The position numbers and the translations under genes are program-made. The notes under the pieces were generated by a model. It had not been told where the DNA came from. It searched no databases and saw only the letters and a program-made list of their open reading frames with translations. Source: Leucoraja ocellata (Eukaryota). From it: 64,000 nt of DNA. The stretch is from assembly GCA_036785375.1 (NCBI GenBank), contig JAWMAR010000174.1:1426001-1490000 (forward strand), given 5' to 3'. This document shows, piece by piece, positions 27,263-40,611 of the stretch (its first letter is position 1; every line of letters begins with the position of its first letter).

Positions 27263-30200
27263 AAAAGCAAAAATAATAACAGAGCGAGCTGGCTTGGGTT
27301 GGCCACGCTATAGGTTCCAAGCTTTCTCCGGTAGTGCTGCAGTGTTAACAACTTGCATTTTGTCCCCTTTTTTTAAAAAAAAAAAAGAAAAAAAATCCTT
27401 TTTTTTGTGTGTGGCTTTCCGGCCGCATTCTACATCATCTTATTATGGGTTGCACAAAAAAAAAAGAATCATTTTGTATAGTTGATGGAACAGTGATCTT
27501 TACCTGTTATAGAGACAGATATGGACCAGAATGATGTATGATTGTCATTATTAACACGTTTGCAGCTGACCCGCTTTTTTTTAACTTCAGGGTATTGCTA
27601 CGCTGTTCTAACTTATAGATTGAGCCTTTTCAGATAGTTTTTTATTGCAAGTACTATGTGTGTGGAGTTACTACGCCAGACTCCTGTTTGTGTTAGCTAT
27701 TGTACACAGCGTTTTTGTTGTAAATTGTTCTTGGTATTAATTATAATTTATGGCTATGAAACAAAGTCTCTCCCTGTTTCATTCCCTATTTTTCTCAACT
27801 TAAATATTGATAACTCGAAACTCTGAATCAACGATTCTGCACAGAATCTGTGCCACGGTTCGAGGCTGTGTGTTGCGTACAGTAAAGTTCTTTGGAGTTC
27901 CTCACAATTTGCGTTCAGTTTAGATGAGTTTTATACATTGTAATCCCCCCCCCCCCCCCAACTCTCCCCCTCCGTCGAAATCCCCCTTCCACACTTTAAA
28001 AAAAAAGTTTCCCCCCCTTTCTCGAACAATAAAATTAACCCGGGGTGAAAGTGACAAAAGGGATTGAAATTGACGAGGTTGTACTCTAACTGGCAAGATC
28101 TGAGGCCGTTGAAATATGGTGACGAGCCCCTGAAGTGTCCATTTTTTTCCTGCGGCTTTTTTAAAATCTGATCTTACTTCGCGTTTCTCTGCTAGGGGTT
28201 AAAAGAAACCCAGCCAAACATGCTCTGCAAGCTTGTAGGAATCCAGCATGCCGCCCCTCCTCCCTCCCTCTCTCTCTCCCTCTCACTCTCTCTCTTTCTC
28301 TCTCTCTCCCTCACACACACACACACACACACACCCTTGCAGCGAGGAGAGGGAGGACTGGGCAATATCTGACTTCACTCGACATGCTCAGTAAACCCAA
28401 TGATTTTCCTTTAACCGCTAATGACCAAACCTCGGCAAACTGAGGGGTGGGGGGAAGCATATCAGATCATGTTTTACAACGCGGCCAGGCGATCTTTAAA
28501 CATCAACAAAAAGCCCCATTAAGAAGATATAACTCAATATTACACCACCTGCACTGCCTCAAACCCTGTGCGATTTCTAAAAGGCTGTTTTAAAATCTAG
28601 ACGCTGGCGATGCAACATGAAGTTAGCTGCATTCTTTCCCTGTTTGTCTTTAATGTATTTTATTGGGAGGTTGAAGGAGGGGGGGGGGGGGGTGTATTTG
28701 TAATCGGAGATCGAGCGTGTGAAAGTATGCGCTCAGGCGGCTTGGTGTTAGTGTCATGTTAGCGGCCCAACATGGCGTCGTGTTTTTGCTGCCGTCTCCA
28801 GGCGAGTGTAATAGGGAACATATTTCAACCCCCTTTTGCTATTTACGTACAGGCCCGCTCTCATAAAACTATTAGCAGCAGGCAACATGCATGGGCTTCA
28901 TTATATATATACATATATATACATATTTACAATATATATGCTTATATTGCAATCGTAACCCGAGAGCGATCCAAGGCTGGGAGGATTGAGAGAGCTCGGG
29001 TCTGTCGCTGGAAGAGCAGTTGTTTTCGCGATAGACAGTCAGATTTTACCCCTTAAAGACCTCGAGGTTAAAAAAGGGCCGACATTTCACGCGATCCTAT
29101 TGTGGATTCTCATTTAAATATGCAAAAATCGGCGGCCTCAATTCAATCTCAACTCGTTGCAACTAATACAGAGTTACACACACACACAACCACACAACTA
29201 TAATGTATATTCGCTGAGATAGTTGTATCTCCAATGTTCTATTTACATCAGTACGCCCCATAAACTCTACCTCTCGGTTCCTCATTTCTTGTTTTTTTTT
29301 TAATTGCAAAGACCAAAAGGGTTAAATTCAACCCTCTGCAGCAGCTCGGCTTTAATGGGGGCGATGACAAAAGCCAAATAAAGAAAAGGGGACACGAGTG
29401 ATTCAACTAAGTTTGGATCCCCGTGCGTTCGACTTAAGGGAAAGGCATTAGCAGCGTGTGAGACGCAGACACCATCAGAATTCTAAACCTCTGCGAGCAT
29501 TTATTTATTTAAACTGGGCTGAAAGTTGCTTTAGATTAAGCCCCCCACCCCCCTCCCCTCCCAACTATTTTCTCGAATCTCAAAGCCTCCCCACTGCGCT
29601 GTTGCCTAATTAATGGTGAAACGCAACTCAATCTAATTACTCAGTAATTTTAAAGCAGTTAAATTTGGGCATTGGTTGTAACAGGATTCTAGTTGATGAA
29701 AGAAAGTTTGCTTGAAATGTCTGCCTGTGTAGGCTCAATCAATATACGTGTATTTATTAACAAAAATAATATCCAGAATATTCTTTAGAGATAAGGCCTT
29801 TAAAAGCACTGGCGTTTAGCAGGAAGGTCGGCGTTATAAAATAGACAGAATACTTGCCTACTGTTTGATGTTCCTTACACATAATCCGCGACAAAATGTA
29901 ATTTTAATACAGTCTTAAGGCAAAAGATGATTGTCGTTATATTCGCCACCTCAAGGACTGCAATGCAATTCTGCAGCAATTTGTATCATAAGTCTAGGGG
30001 CTGATTTAGTTGACAACGCGTGTGCTGGGTTTGAACTCTATAATTAGCACTTATGTCCCCGTATTAGGATCGCACAGGGAACTAATGAGCTCTTGCTTCG
30101 CCGAATGTCACATTTATTTATTTTCTTCAGCAGAAAGTTTCTGAAAAGAGCGGAGGGTTTGCACGGGAAAAAAAAAGTCCCAACGCTGCTTGACACAGCA

Positions 30201-33200
30201 GCGCGTTCCTGGTATTTTGTGCAAAGGTTATTCTTAAACATAGGAAGAGTCAACTTGGAATATGCAGCTGCATTTTACCAACCTTACACTTATAAAATGG
30301 AAGCATAATCAATAAAGAGCCATGTAACCATGAACCATGTACACGCACACACGTACACATCCACACAGTGCTAACATGTTTTATTTAAAAGCAACTCGTA
30401 AAATATTTTAAAATGACCACAGGCACTCAAATTAGTGAGATTGATACGAGTAATTGTCCACGATTCGCACTGTTTGGGGTGACAGCGATGGGCAGAATAA
30501 CACTGGACGGTTCTAAGGACATTTTTACACAAGTTTTATTGTTGGTTGCCCTTTTTTTTAATTTTTTCCGCGAAGGTTGTCTATCTCAGACAGTTTTAGC
30601 CATGCAAGGAGGATGGGGTGAAACTCCCGTCGACAAGGGAGCTGTTACTAATCACACTGCAATGCACAATCTATCTCCCTTCTCGCTCACACTCACGCAC
30701 ACGCACACGCACACACACACCACTGTCACAGGTATTTTTGCCTTCACTGTGAAATACGCATCAAGGTTTGTCGTGAACATACAGGATGAAAAATGTAAAA
30801 CCGGATGACGAAATGCACATTGGACGACCCAACACCATGTGTCTGATCAAGACACACTCACGATGATCCAGTTAAGGTGTGTGATTGAAAAAAGATTATG
30901 TTCCTGTGCCAAAAAAAAGGCTGTTTTGTTGGGATTGAATTCCATCTCTTGAATGCACATTGGTTGAAGCAGTGAAGTGAAGCACGTTTTAAAGAACGAT
31001 AACCAGATTACTACGCGCGCCTTTAATGGTCGACTTTATATAATCAGACGCCCCACGCTCTCTCTAAAAGCATTTAATAAATGTCTATTAAAGTGCTACA
31101 AAAACGAGATAAATTTACTGTAGCTGCCGCCTTGCAGGAAATAAATGCTAATGATAGATTCACCATTAGGGATTCGATCAACAGTCTGTTCTGCGCGGCC
31201 CACTTCTCCAAAACTCAAAGCATCGCCATTATTTATTTTCAGTTTAAATTGACATTTCTTAGGGGGGAATTAATTTATTGACAAACCCGTGGAATAACGC
31301 TTCCCCTTTTCTACAATCTTCGCATCTTCAATTTTTCTTCATAAACCCGTCACTTGCGAATCCTTTGAGCGAACTTTTACAAGCTTCAATGAGATGTCTA
31401 AGTTCTGCTTGTCTGTCAAGTTATCTCTCTGCACACAAAGAAAGTGCTTCTAAATGGACTTAGTGCACAGCGTGTGTGCTCTCTAAATGTTAGAAAATTG
31501 TGCATCTACCCGCTATTCACAGAATTGTCACTTAAGGACCTACTTCTGGTTTCAGCCACAAATTATACACGGCAAGGGCACAAATGTTTCAAAGTGAAGG
31601 GGGTGGGGGGGGGGGGGGGGGGGTGATTTATCATCTTCATACCTGCACCATGGAAGGAATAAACCGGTGCTACATGTTTTAATCAGAATTATTAATGGTC
31701 CTCTTTATTGAAACCCCTCTGATATTAAACCACCTGTTAAGGTCGGTCCGAAAATCTTCCAGGTTCACTGTAAGACACACGACGGCAATCTTCGCTTTCC
31801 GCGATGGTGTGGATGGAGTCCAGCACCTCTCTCCATAGTTGTGTCCTGGTGCTGAGTTCACGTCTGAATTATTAAAAAGTTGGAGCAGTCAGTAAAATTG
31901 GGCAGACGCTTCTTATATCTGCTCACAGGTACACGCTCCGTGAAGGAATGACGACAGTATCTCACCTTGATCCAACTTTATGAAGAGGTACCTCTGGTTT
32001 GTTCCCCCGTGAGTCATTTTGCCATTTTGACCCCCTGTCTCAAAAAACCCCAAATCGTTGGTTTCACGAAGGATGGGCAAATGTAAGAATCACGCACACT
32101 TGTACATTCTTGCACACTTTCACTCTTGCTGACCATCACCAAACGCAAATTACACCCCCACCTTCTCAACAAACAAGAATTTCACTAAAAGGGCCAACAC
32201 ATCTAGATCATTTATTTAACTTTTCCTTTAAAAAAAAATCCACTGACACTTGTCCCTTTCACCCGTCTGCTGCGGAGGAGCGGTCTAACATGGATTGATT
32301 TGATGAAATATCAGCAATGCTTATTGCAGGAATCTGTATCAACGCCGACCAGGGCAAAATAAGGGAGTATATTCTCATGGATACCAGTTCTGTAACTTTA
32401 ATGTTGAGTGTAGTCTAAATCGACATCATCGCCACAAAGTCCGCAAGTCGCATTTGAACAAATCTCACTTCTGCTCAACACAAAACTGGCAGATAATAAG
32501 TTGTTCTTGCAAATCTTAGGAGTCTTTTTTTTTTTTTTTTTAATTTACCCCACGGCATTTAGGCACGCTAACACAGACTAAATAATTAAAAAGGACACTT
32601 GGATTTGCCGTCCGGATTCATATGAATACTCTGGGAATATAAAGTAGACTGTTAACAAAAGTTGTTGGTTTTTTGAGTGGTTTAGTGCTAAAGATGAGGC
32701 TGATCATATCATTCGTATGCAACATAAATAAGACGTTCTGGGAGCCCAGGGTCAACAATCGATCCCTTGCTATGGGAGGATAGGATGGGTTAATATCGTC
32801 TCATTAGCATTCCCATTGCACGACCCTACACCCTGACAACTAACACTGATGCATTTGCACTGAGCTTAATTTAAAAGCTTTACCCAATCACCGAACACGA
32901 GTCTTATTTCCATACTTGTCGTTGTTTGTATATTACTAGTAAGTGTAAGACACCCCTCACAATTATTCCATTTAGAAATAGATTTTCATAGCCTCATTTT
33001 TCTTTCCTTTATTTATTTTATTATGTGTCCTCTCGTCCTCCTCCCCCATTTATTCCCATTCCCTTGACCCCCCTCCCCACCTCGAATTATATTTCGTCCC
33101 TTTCATCACTGGCTCTTCGTTCAAGACCCCGGCCTCTCGCTTTCTCTTTAAGCGCTGGGCATTAGATGAGATTTAGTCGACACTAAAGTGGCAAAGTTCA

Positions 33201-34510
33201 GATTGAGGGAATGAGAGGGTGTGTATATGAGGGGAGGGGAGAGGGGTGGAGGTGGGGGGCAACACTGCAAACGGCGAACAAAAGGAGGCCTGGGCTTGAT
33301 AACTATAGCAGGAATATGAAAATCGCANNNNNNNNNNNNNNNNNNNNNNNNNNNNNNNNNNNNNNNNNNNNNNNNNNNNNNNNNNNNNNNNNNNNNNNNN
33401 NNNNNNNNNNNNNNNNNNNNNNNNNNNNNNNNNNNNNNNNNNNNNNNNNNNNNNNNNNNNNNNNNNNNNNNNNNNNNNNNNNNNNNNNNNNNNNNNNNNN
33501 NNNNNNNNNNNNNNNNNNNNNNNNNNNNNNNNNNNNNNNNNNNNNNNNNNNNNNNNNNNNNNNNNNNNNNNNNNNNNNNNNNNNNNNNNNNNNNNNNNNN
33601 NNNNNNNNNNNNNNNNNNNNNNNNNNNNNNNNNNNNNNNNNNNNNNNNNNNNNNNNNNNNNNNNNNNNNNNNNNNNNNNNNNNNNNNNNNNNNNNNNNNN
33701 NNNNNNNNNNNNNNNNNNNNNNNNNNNNNNNNNNNNNNNNNNNNNNNNNNNNNNNNNNNNNNNNNNNNNNNNNNNNNNNNNNNNNNNNNNNNNNNNNNNN
33801 NNNNNNNNNNNNNNNNNNNNNNNNNNNNNNNNNNNNNNNNNNNNNNNNNNNNNNNNNNNCTGCGTGTGTTTAAAGGCTCCTTTGAACTGCCTTTGTGCTG
33901 AGTCGGCGCTGCATTTTGCCAATGCTAGTCACGGTCATACGAACTTTGTGTTAACCTCTTATGTCGAATGAATCTTTTCATTTGGAAGCCCATAAATCTC
34001 ATTCCGTAGCTCCTTTTGTGCGGCACGCTACGACTTAGTAAGCCAAGTGTGCGCCGAACAACTTAAAAAAAAAAATAAAGCAGAGACAGAGAGACAAAAA
34101 AAGTTGCGACCGATAAAAAAAGTACAACTTAAAAAAAAGAGAGAATCCAGTGTAAAGTGCGGGACTGGCAACTCGCAGGAGGGACGTGGAAAGGGAACGG
34201 AGAGGAAACGAAGCACCACGCACAATCACAGTAAGCAAGCTCTTTTCTAAACAGCCCCTCCAAGGTTTACATGGAGACGATGATTTATCGTTCTGAAACC
34301 GTCATTATTTTGGTGAATTTCAAGTAGTTAGAACCTGCTGTGATTTGAGCCAAGTAGTGGAAATGGGACGGAGGAGCGTGGGTGAGAGGGATAGGGGTGG
34401 GGTGGAGATAAATAAATAAATAAACAAACACATAAATAAATAAATAAATAAATAAATGCATAGATGGTCATTTTTCAGAAGGGTGTGTGTAAATGAGGCG
34501 AACGGCAAAA

Positions 34511-34513
<3 letters not shown>

Positions 34514-34585
<72 letters not shown>
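34514..34585. repeat. (CA)n microsatellite, preceded by (AAAT)n at ~34408-34456
   Basis: Directly visible. Confidence 0.9.
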
Positions 34586-34587
<2 letters not shown>

Positions 34588-36420
34588 GAAAGAATATTTT
34601 AACTGAAGTTTATGGTGAAGTGTCGCTGGTTGAGATTGGGGGAAGGGCTTTAAATGGTGTGCATGCGCGAAAGGGGATAATTGTAGAGAGAGGGAGGGAG
34701 AGACAGACGGAGGTAGAGAGAAGGAGGGAGAGAATGTGTGTGTGTGTGAGAGAGAGGGAGAGAGAAAGTTTAACATTGAATCATCTGACCTGCAAAAGTC
34801 TCCACAAGGAACTAACAAGATTCCATGTATCTATGACTGTTACATTGGTCATTCCCAGATGCGATGCTTTATACGTGTGTGTTATGGTTGTAAGTGAGCC
34901 CTTTTTGTGTGGCGGGTTTTAGATTTATTCACAATATTTTTCATTAAGTTACTGGCAGTGACGGTTCAGTTCGTTCAATCCGATTGAGTGCCCTTGTAAT
35001 CCGCGGTCGCAAAATTCCCTTCAGACAGGGTGTCGCCCATACGTTGGGTCCCGCGGTGGTTAACCTATCGTTTATTCGCGTTTCTCTCCCCCCTCTTTCC
35101 TCGCACGGTATCTGACCCTTTCCCCCGTCGCACCCTTTCCTACCCGCGGACGTTGCACGAGGAAGCTCTCTTTCAATCAGTCGACTGACCCGTCCAACCC
35201 CAGCCCTTTGCGAATCTTTCCGTCATTCGCCGCGGTTGCGGTACAGCTGAGCTGATCACCACCGGTATACAGAGTGAACCATTCGTCTTTAAGTGTGTCC
35301 CACTCAGAGTGTTATTAATTGCCACTACATTGCTGGTGATTTTTAACTAATAACAAAGTTGTAAATTAACGCGTTCCTTCAAATATTTCTAATTTGTCAA
35401 CACTGATTGATTTGATTAATACCCCTGTTTATAAGTAACGTTGGAACCGATACATCTGCTACGGGACTGTTAACGCGGGCTGGTAGCATAATATCACAAC
35501 CTGAATGGCATTACTGCATTTTTATTTTATTTTGTTAGTGCTCCCGTTAAAATAACGACTGCATGCCTACAATCTCCATTGCACCTCAATGTTGAACGCC
35601 AGTGTGTTCTGCTCGCCTGTACCTCACGGTAAGTTGTACAGTACCGTATCTACCAAGTGCAAACTGCTGGTGTTTACGGTGGACACGGCTCCTGATCACA
35701 CTATGTTCCAATATTTGTTCTTTAAATAAAACCCAGGAGCAGGCGAGCACAGTCGATGCTTGAATCAGGCTTGTAAGAACACCTGGACGTCAAGAGAATA
35801 CTGTTAAACTTCGACCTCTGCTGCTTCGGACACAATCATACCCCCTCACTAACTCCCCCCCCCCCCACGCCCCACCATTCCACCAATCCACCCCCTGCCA
35901 CCCTCCTCCCCCCATCACCCATTTCGGGATGAAGTCAGAGAGATAGGGGGGGGGGGTGGGGGAGAGAGGGAGAGAGGTTTCAATCGTCTCAAAGGATGTT
36001 TAAAAAGCCTGAAAGAATAGCACGCTCCGATGATGAACTTACTGCCAACGTTAAGCCTTTAAGCCTTTCGGCGCATTCTGACACTTCTGTATTGGAAATT
36101 GTATCTAAGATCTGCAAAGTCCCTTCGTTCTGTGGACACCTTTTGTTTCATCCCACTTCTCCCCATTCTGACAATCAAAGTTTTCTGTCAATTCCCAACA
36201 ACATCGATTTTTCTTTACTCCCTGATTTCCTGAACGCCGGGAGGAAAGAAACGCACCGCCCTGGGACCTCTTGGCAACGAAGATAGAGGCAAGAATTCAC
36301 TCCAAACACCTTATCACCCGGACATATCAGGAATATAAATATGCTTGCGAGAGACAAACTTTCCACGAGAATTAAAGTTAAGCAGAAAACCGCATCTCCT
36401 ATGAGGCCTTATAAATATAT

Positions 36421-36454
<34 letters not shown>

Positions 36455-39400
36455 CATACGACAGATGCATTAGTAATATATAATGTGGTTGTGTGTGTGT
36501 GTGAGTTTGAGGTATTCATTCTGCCCGGTATTGTGACTCAGACTCGTCTTTAAATAGGTTGCATTTGTGAGCATGGAAACCTTTGTCTGGCTTGCGAGCG
36601 AAGCTTTTACAAGCAGACCCAGCGATAGTTCAGGGTCATTGGCAATTTAATGTCCTATTACTATAAAGCACAGTACCGCAAAGTATTCAAGAAATACGAA
36701 AATTGGAATTCTTGCTCAATGCTACCTTGACCGTTTTTTTTTCTTCTCCCTTCCCTTGCAACTGAAGAGTTCGCTTCATTTGAATGGGACTATATTCGGA
36801 CATTTCAGCGACACAAGTGGCGCACAATGCACGATCAGGTTATGAAAGAAATATTTTTTACCGTGTCAAAAACACAACTTTTTTTATGGACTACATTTTC
36901 AAAGTGATTCAACGGGGAAATAATGGCAACACACAAGACACAAAAATGCATTTCAATAGCTGGCAAAGCGTTATATATACCGTTTCTAAGTGGTCGTGTG
37001 ACATGTTTCGGCTGTAAGGATCACACGTTTGCGCCAGCGTACATTGGTCAATATAATGTCCAGTTTAATTGCGACAAATGTTACTACAAAAAAAAATCCC
37101 CACAGCCTTTAAAACACAAATGTTTCCCTTTTCAACTTTGAAAGTGTGTTGATTAATTAGATTTATCTGGGTAAAAATAGTTAAATGTTAACATTTCCAT
37201 GAATTACCCCGAAAACAGTATGAATTGGATCTATTCATCAGATCATGGGGAAGATTTAAACTTCTAACATCAGACAGAATCAGGCGTCATATGGTGATAT
37301 TGCATGTGGTTAATCCTTGTAGCATCCTTTCAAATCTGGTTATTACATCGATGGCCAGTAATAATTTATTAACAGAGTGACTCACACATTTTGTGTATTG
37401 ATGGCATATTCTTCACCCACATCTGCTTGCTGCCTTCAAATAATATGCAAAATCTGTAAAACATTAACATCAGTCACACCGAATCCTTAGCGGATTTATT
37501 GTCTGCAGTTTGCACGGAGAATAATCTTCAAGAAAGTTTCTGCGAAAATATGCAGAATATTTTTTTGAAAGTGTGAAAAACTCAGGGAAGTGTGGAAGTA
37601 GATTGTCACGGTATCATTGCCACAATTAAAGACGTTTCATGCCTCTGTTGCCTAAGAGGAAATTGTATGTGGAATGAAACATCTAACCAGTATATTCTAT
37701 TCTACCGAAATACAAGGAGCAAAAATAACGTGTTGGGTTAGAATAAAATGTCGATTAATTTGATGAACTTAGCCAAATATTTTGCAATCGTATTATGTCT
37801 AAATAGATATCAGATGGTCAAATGAAACACTAATCATCGTTTCAACCGTAGGTTGCAGCTACCTACTGCCTAGGAGCCGATTTTAAATGGAACACGATAG
37901 AGTAATATCTAAAACATTTAATTCACAGTGTTATTTATGGTAGATTTAGTTTGACACGCTGACTCTAAGGCTCCAGTTTCTGTCATTATACGGTTTTGTC
38001 TGTTTTAGCAATAAAACACAATCCCATCCAATTGCGAGGCGGATCATTTTCTTGTATCAATACTTTACCCAGGCACGACTTTCAAGAGATTAAAAAAATG
38101 GCTGCTTCGTGGCAGACTATCAACTGCCGCCATTCGGTGGACGCGGATAAGTGCCACTGTTTATTGCAAGTATCAGTAAATAATTCTAGGACGGCAGTTT
38201 TAACTATTGTGACCCAGCCTTGGTATTAAAAAAGAAATAAGGAAAATAATGAACTGGGTTGGATTTAAAGTTTGTACAATGTATCTGCCGAATGCAGAGA
38301 AACATTTTCATTTCATTAAGGTATTAGATTATTGGACATGTGCGGGGAAATATGGCAGGTTATTTGCTTTGATATTACTCATCTGCTGCCAAGTAGTCCA
38401 ATCCATATGGCTGCAACGCAGAGTTAAATGGCCTGGCGATATGTTTAATATCTCAGCATTTATTGATTTCATCTGCTGCAAATATTAACATAATATATTT
38501 CTTTAGCACTGATTTCTTTACGCTGATATACATATAGTGTGTATATCAAGAATATCGGCTCTCTTGTCTGCAAGTCCAGAGGATGGATTCTGTACTTTGT
38601 TTTATGCCTCATANNNNNNNNNNNNNNNNNNNNNNNNNNNNNNNNNNNNNNNNNNNNNNNNNNNNNNNNNNNNNNNNNNNNNNNNNNNNNNNNNNNNNNN
38701 NNNNNNNNNNNNNNNNNNNNNNNNNNNNNNNNNNNNNNNNNNNNNNNNNNNNNNNNNNNNNNNNNNNNNNNNNNNNNNNNNNNNNNNNNNNNNNNNNNNN
38801 NNNNNNNNNNNNNNNNNNNNNNNNNNNNNNATAATGCTCGTGTTTCTTTTAATTTCTGTTTTTTTTTCTTCTCCCCCCTCCCATCTCTTCTTTCACCTCA
38901 AAGATCCGGACGATTAAAGCTTGCTCGGAGCGAGCAAATTAAATCGGATCTGAGGTTGAAATTCCGGCCGAGCACGTGACTCTGAACAATTGCATTTATT
39001 CCAATATCAGGGACAATCAGACGTAAACCAAGACTTATTAAAAATAGCAAAACGGGCAGCTTTCGAATAGAACTAGAACGAATCAGTAAGATCGAGGCGT
39101 CTGTGCAGTACAGGGAGAATATTTCACATTATTACATTGTTCAATGTATTAATAAACCAGAATGCTTGAATGTATATATTTTTAAGGCCAAGTACGACGA
39201 GGCCATGTTTATTAATATTAACAGTGGGTTGGGGGAGGGGGGAGGACGGATATTTGTAATGTATTTGCAATGACAAAAATCAAATTTAATGCCAAAGATG
39301 TCCCACATCTTGCAATGTCTGAACCTGTAAGTCACAGAACTGGTTAGTATCAGGGATATATTTCATTAACACTTCTACAGAAATAGTCCCAGCGACTTAA

Positions 39401-40564
39401 TGTTCAATGTTGCTGTAGACCATTTCGAGGCAGTGAATCCTCGACATGTTTTTTTTTGTGGCCCACTTAATTCAAATCCATTGAATTATTCCATTCAATA
39501 CTTGATAAATTCGGAAGATATTGTAGGGATATTTCTGGAAAATATTTCAAAGATAATGCACGCACGCTGACAAAAAGAAAAATGCATTGATGTAACAAGG
39601 GCCATCATCGTTTTGATCGGTATTTTAAAAAAAACTGAGCGTCGATTCACTTTGAAATTAATAGCGTATAAAGAAGGTTCGGAGAGAACTTCCGCCATCT
39701 TCCCATTTACAAATATTCCCACACTTCCCAGTCTTTAATATTAAATTCAAATACCTTTTAGTAAAACGGTAAGGTAAGATTTACGACGTAGCGCCATCCT
39801 GTTAAAGTTCTCAACCTCAATAATGACGGTCTTGCAGTAAAATCGTGTCAAACTTTTTTTTTTAAAAACATCTTTCATCGCCAGAAATTAGTTTGCTGAC
39901 ACTGTATTGAATATCATCTGAATTGTTAGGAAACTTGATTCACAAAAAAGGCTTGTCTTAAATTCGGTATGTGGTACTTTAAAATGACAAATGCCTTGTC
40001 AAATCTAGAAGACCTATTCCATCTGGATCTTTACAATTACCCATTCCGTGAAAAAAAGCGGCAGGAACGCTTTGACGGTGCGCCACGTAAAATAAATTTG
40101 TAATGTAATAGCGAAATCGCAGGGATAATTTGCTGCTAATAGTCTTGTAACATGCTGCCCGAAAGGAAATCAGCTGTATAAAGAGTGAAAGCCGTGTTGA
40201 AAAGAAGAGAGAAAAGTTTTTAATCAGCATTGGGACATAAAGCATCATATTTTAAAAATCTTTATGTTGGAGTGATATGTGTTTCTTGTTTTATAGTCCA
40301 GAGAGAGTTGGATAAGTGCCTGACCACTGAATTAATAATGGCTAGTTTCTCGGCTGCCTGGTCTTTTGGAGCCGAGTTTTATACTGTAATCATTAGCGGC
40401 CCCTCTGGCTATATGTTTTGCATCGGTGTAACACTATGACACAGTTGTAATACAAACTCCTCTGTCTTGCTTTGCGTTTGTGGCAGGGAAGTTTAACAGC
40501 ACCAGGATTCAACCTTACACTCGTAGCCTAAAAGTACCCTTAAAAAGTTGGTCAATGGCAATGT

Positions 40565-40610
<46 letters not shown>
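40565..40610. repeat. Poly-G run (others at 5181-5219, ~7367-7390, ~46857-46876)
   Basis: Directly visible. Confidence 0.9.
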
Positions 40611-40611
<1 letters not shown>

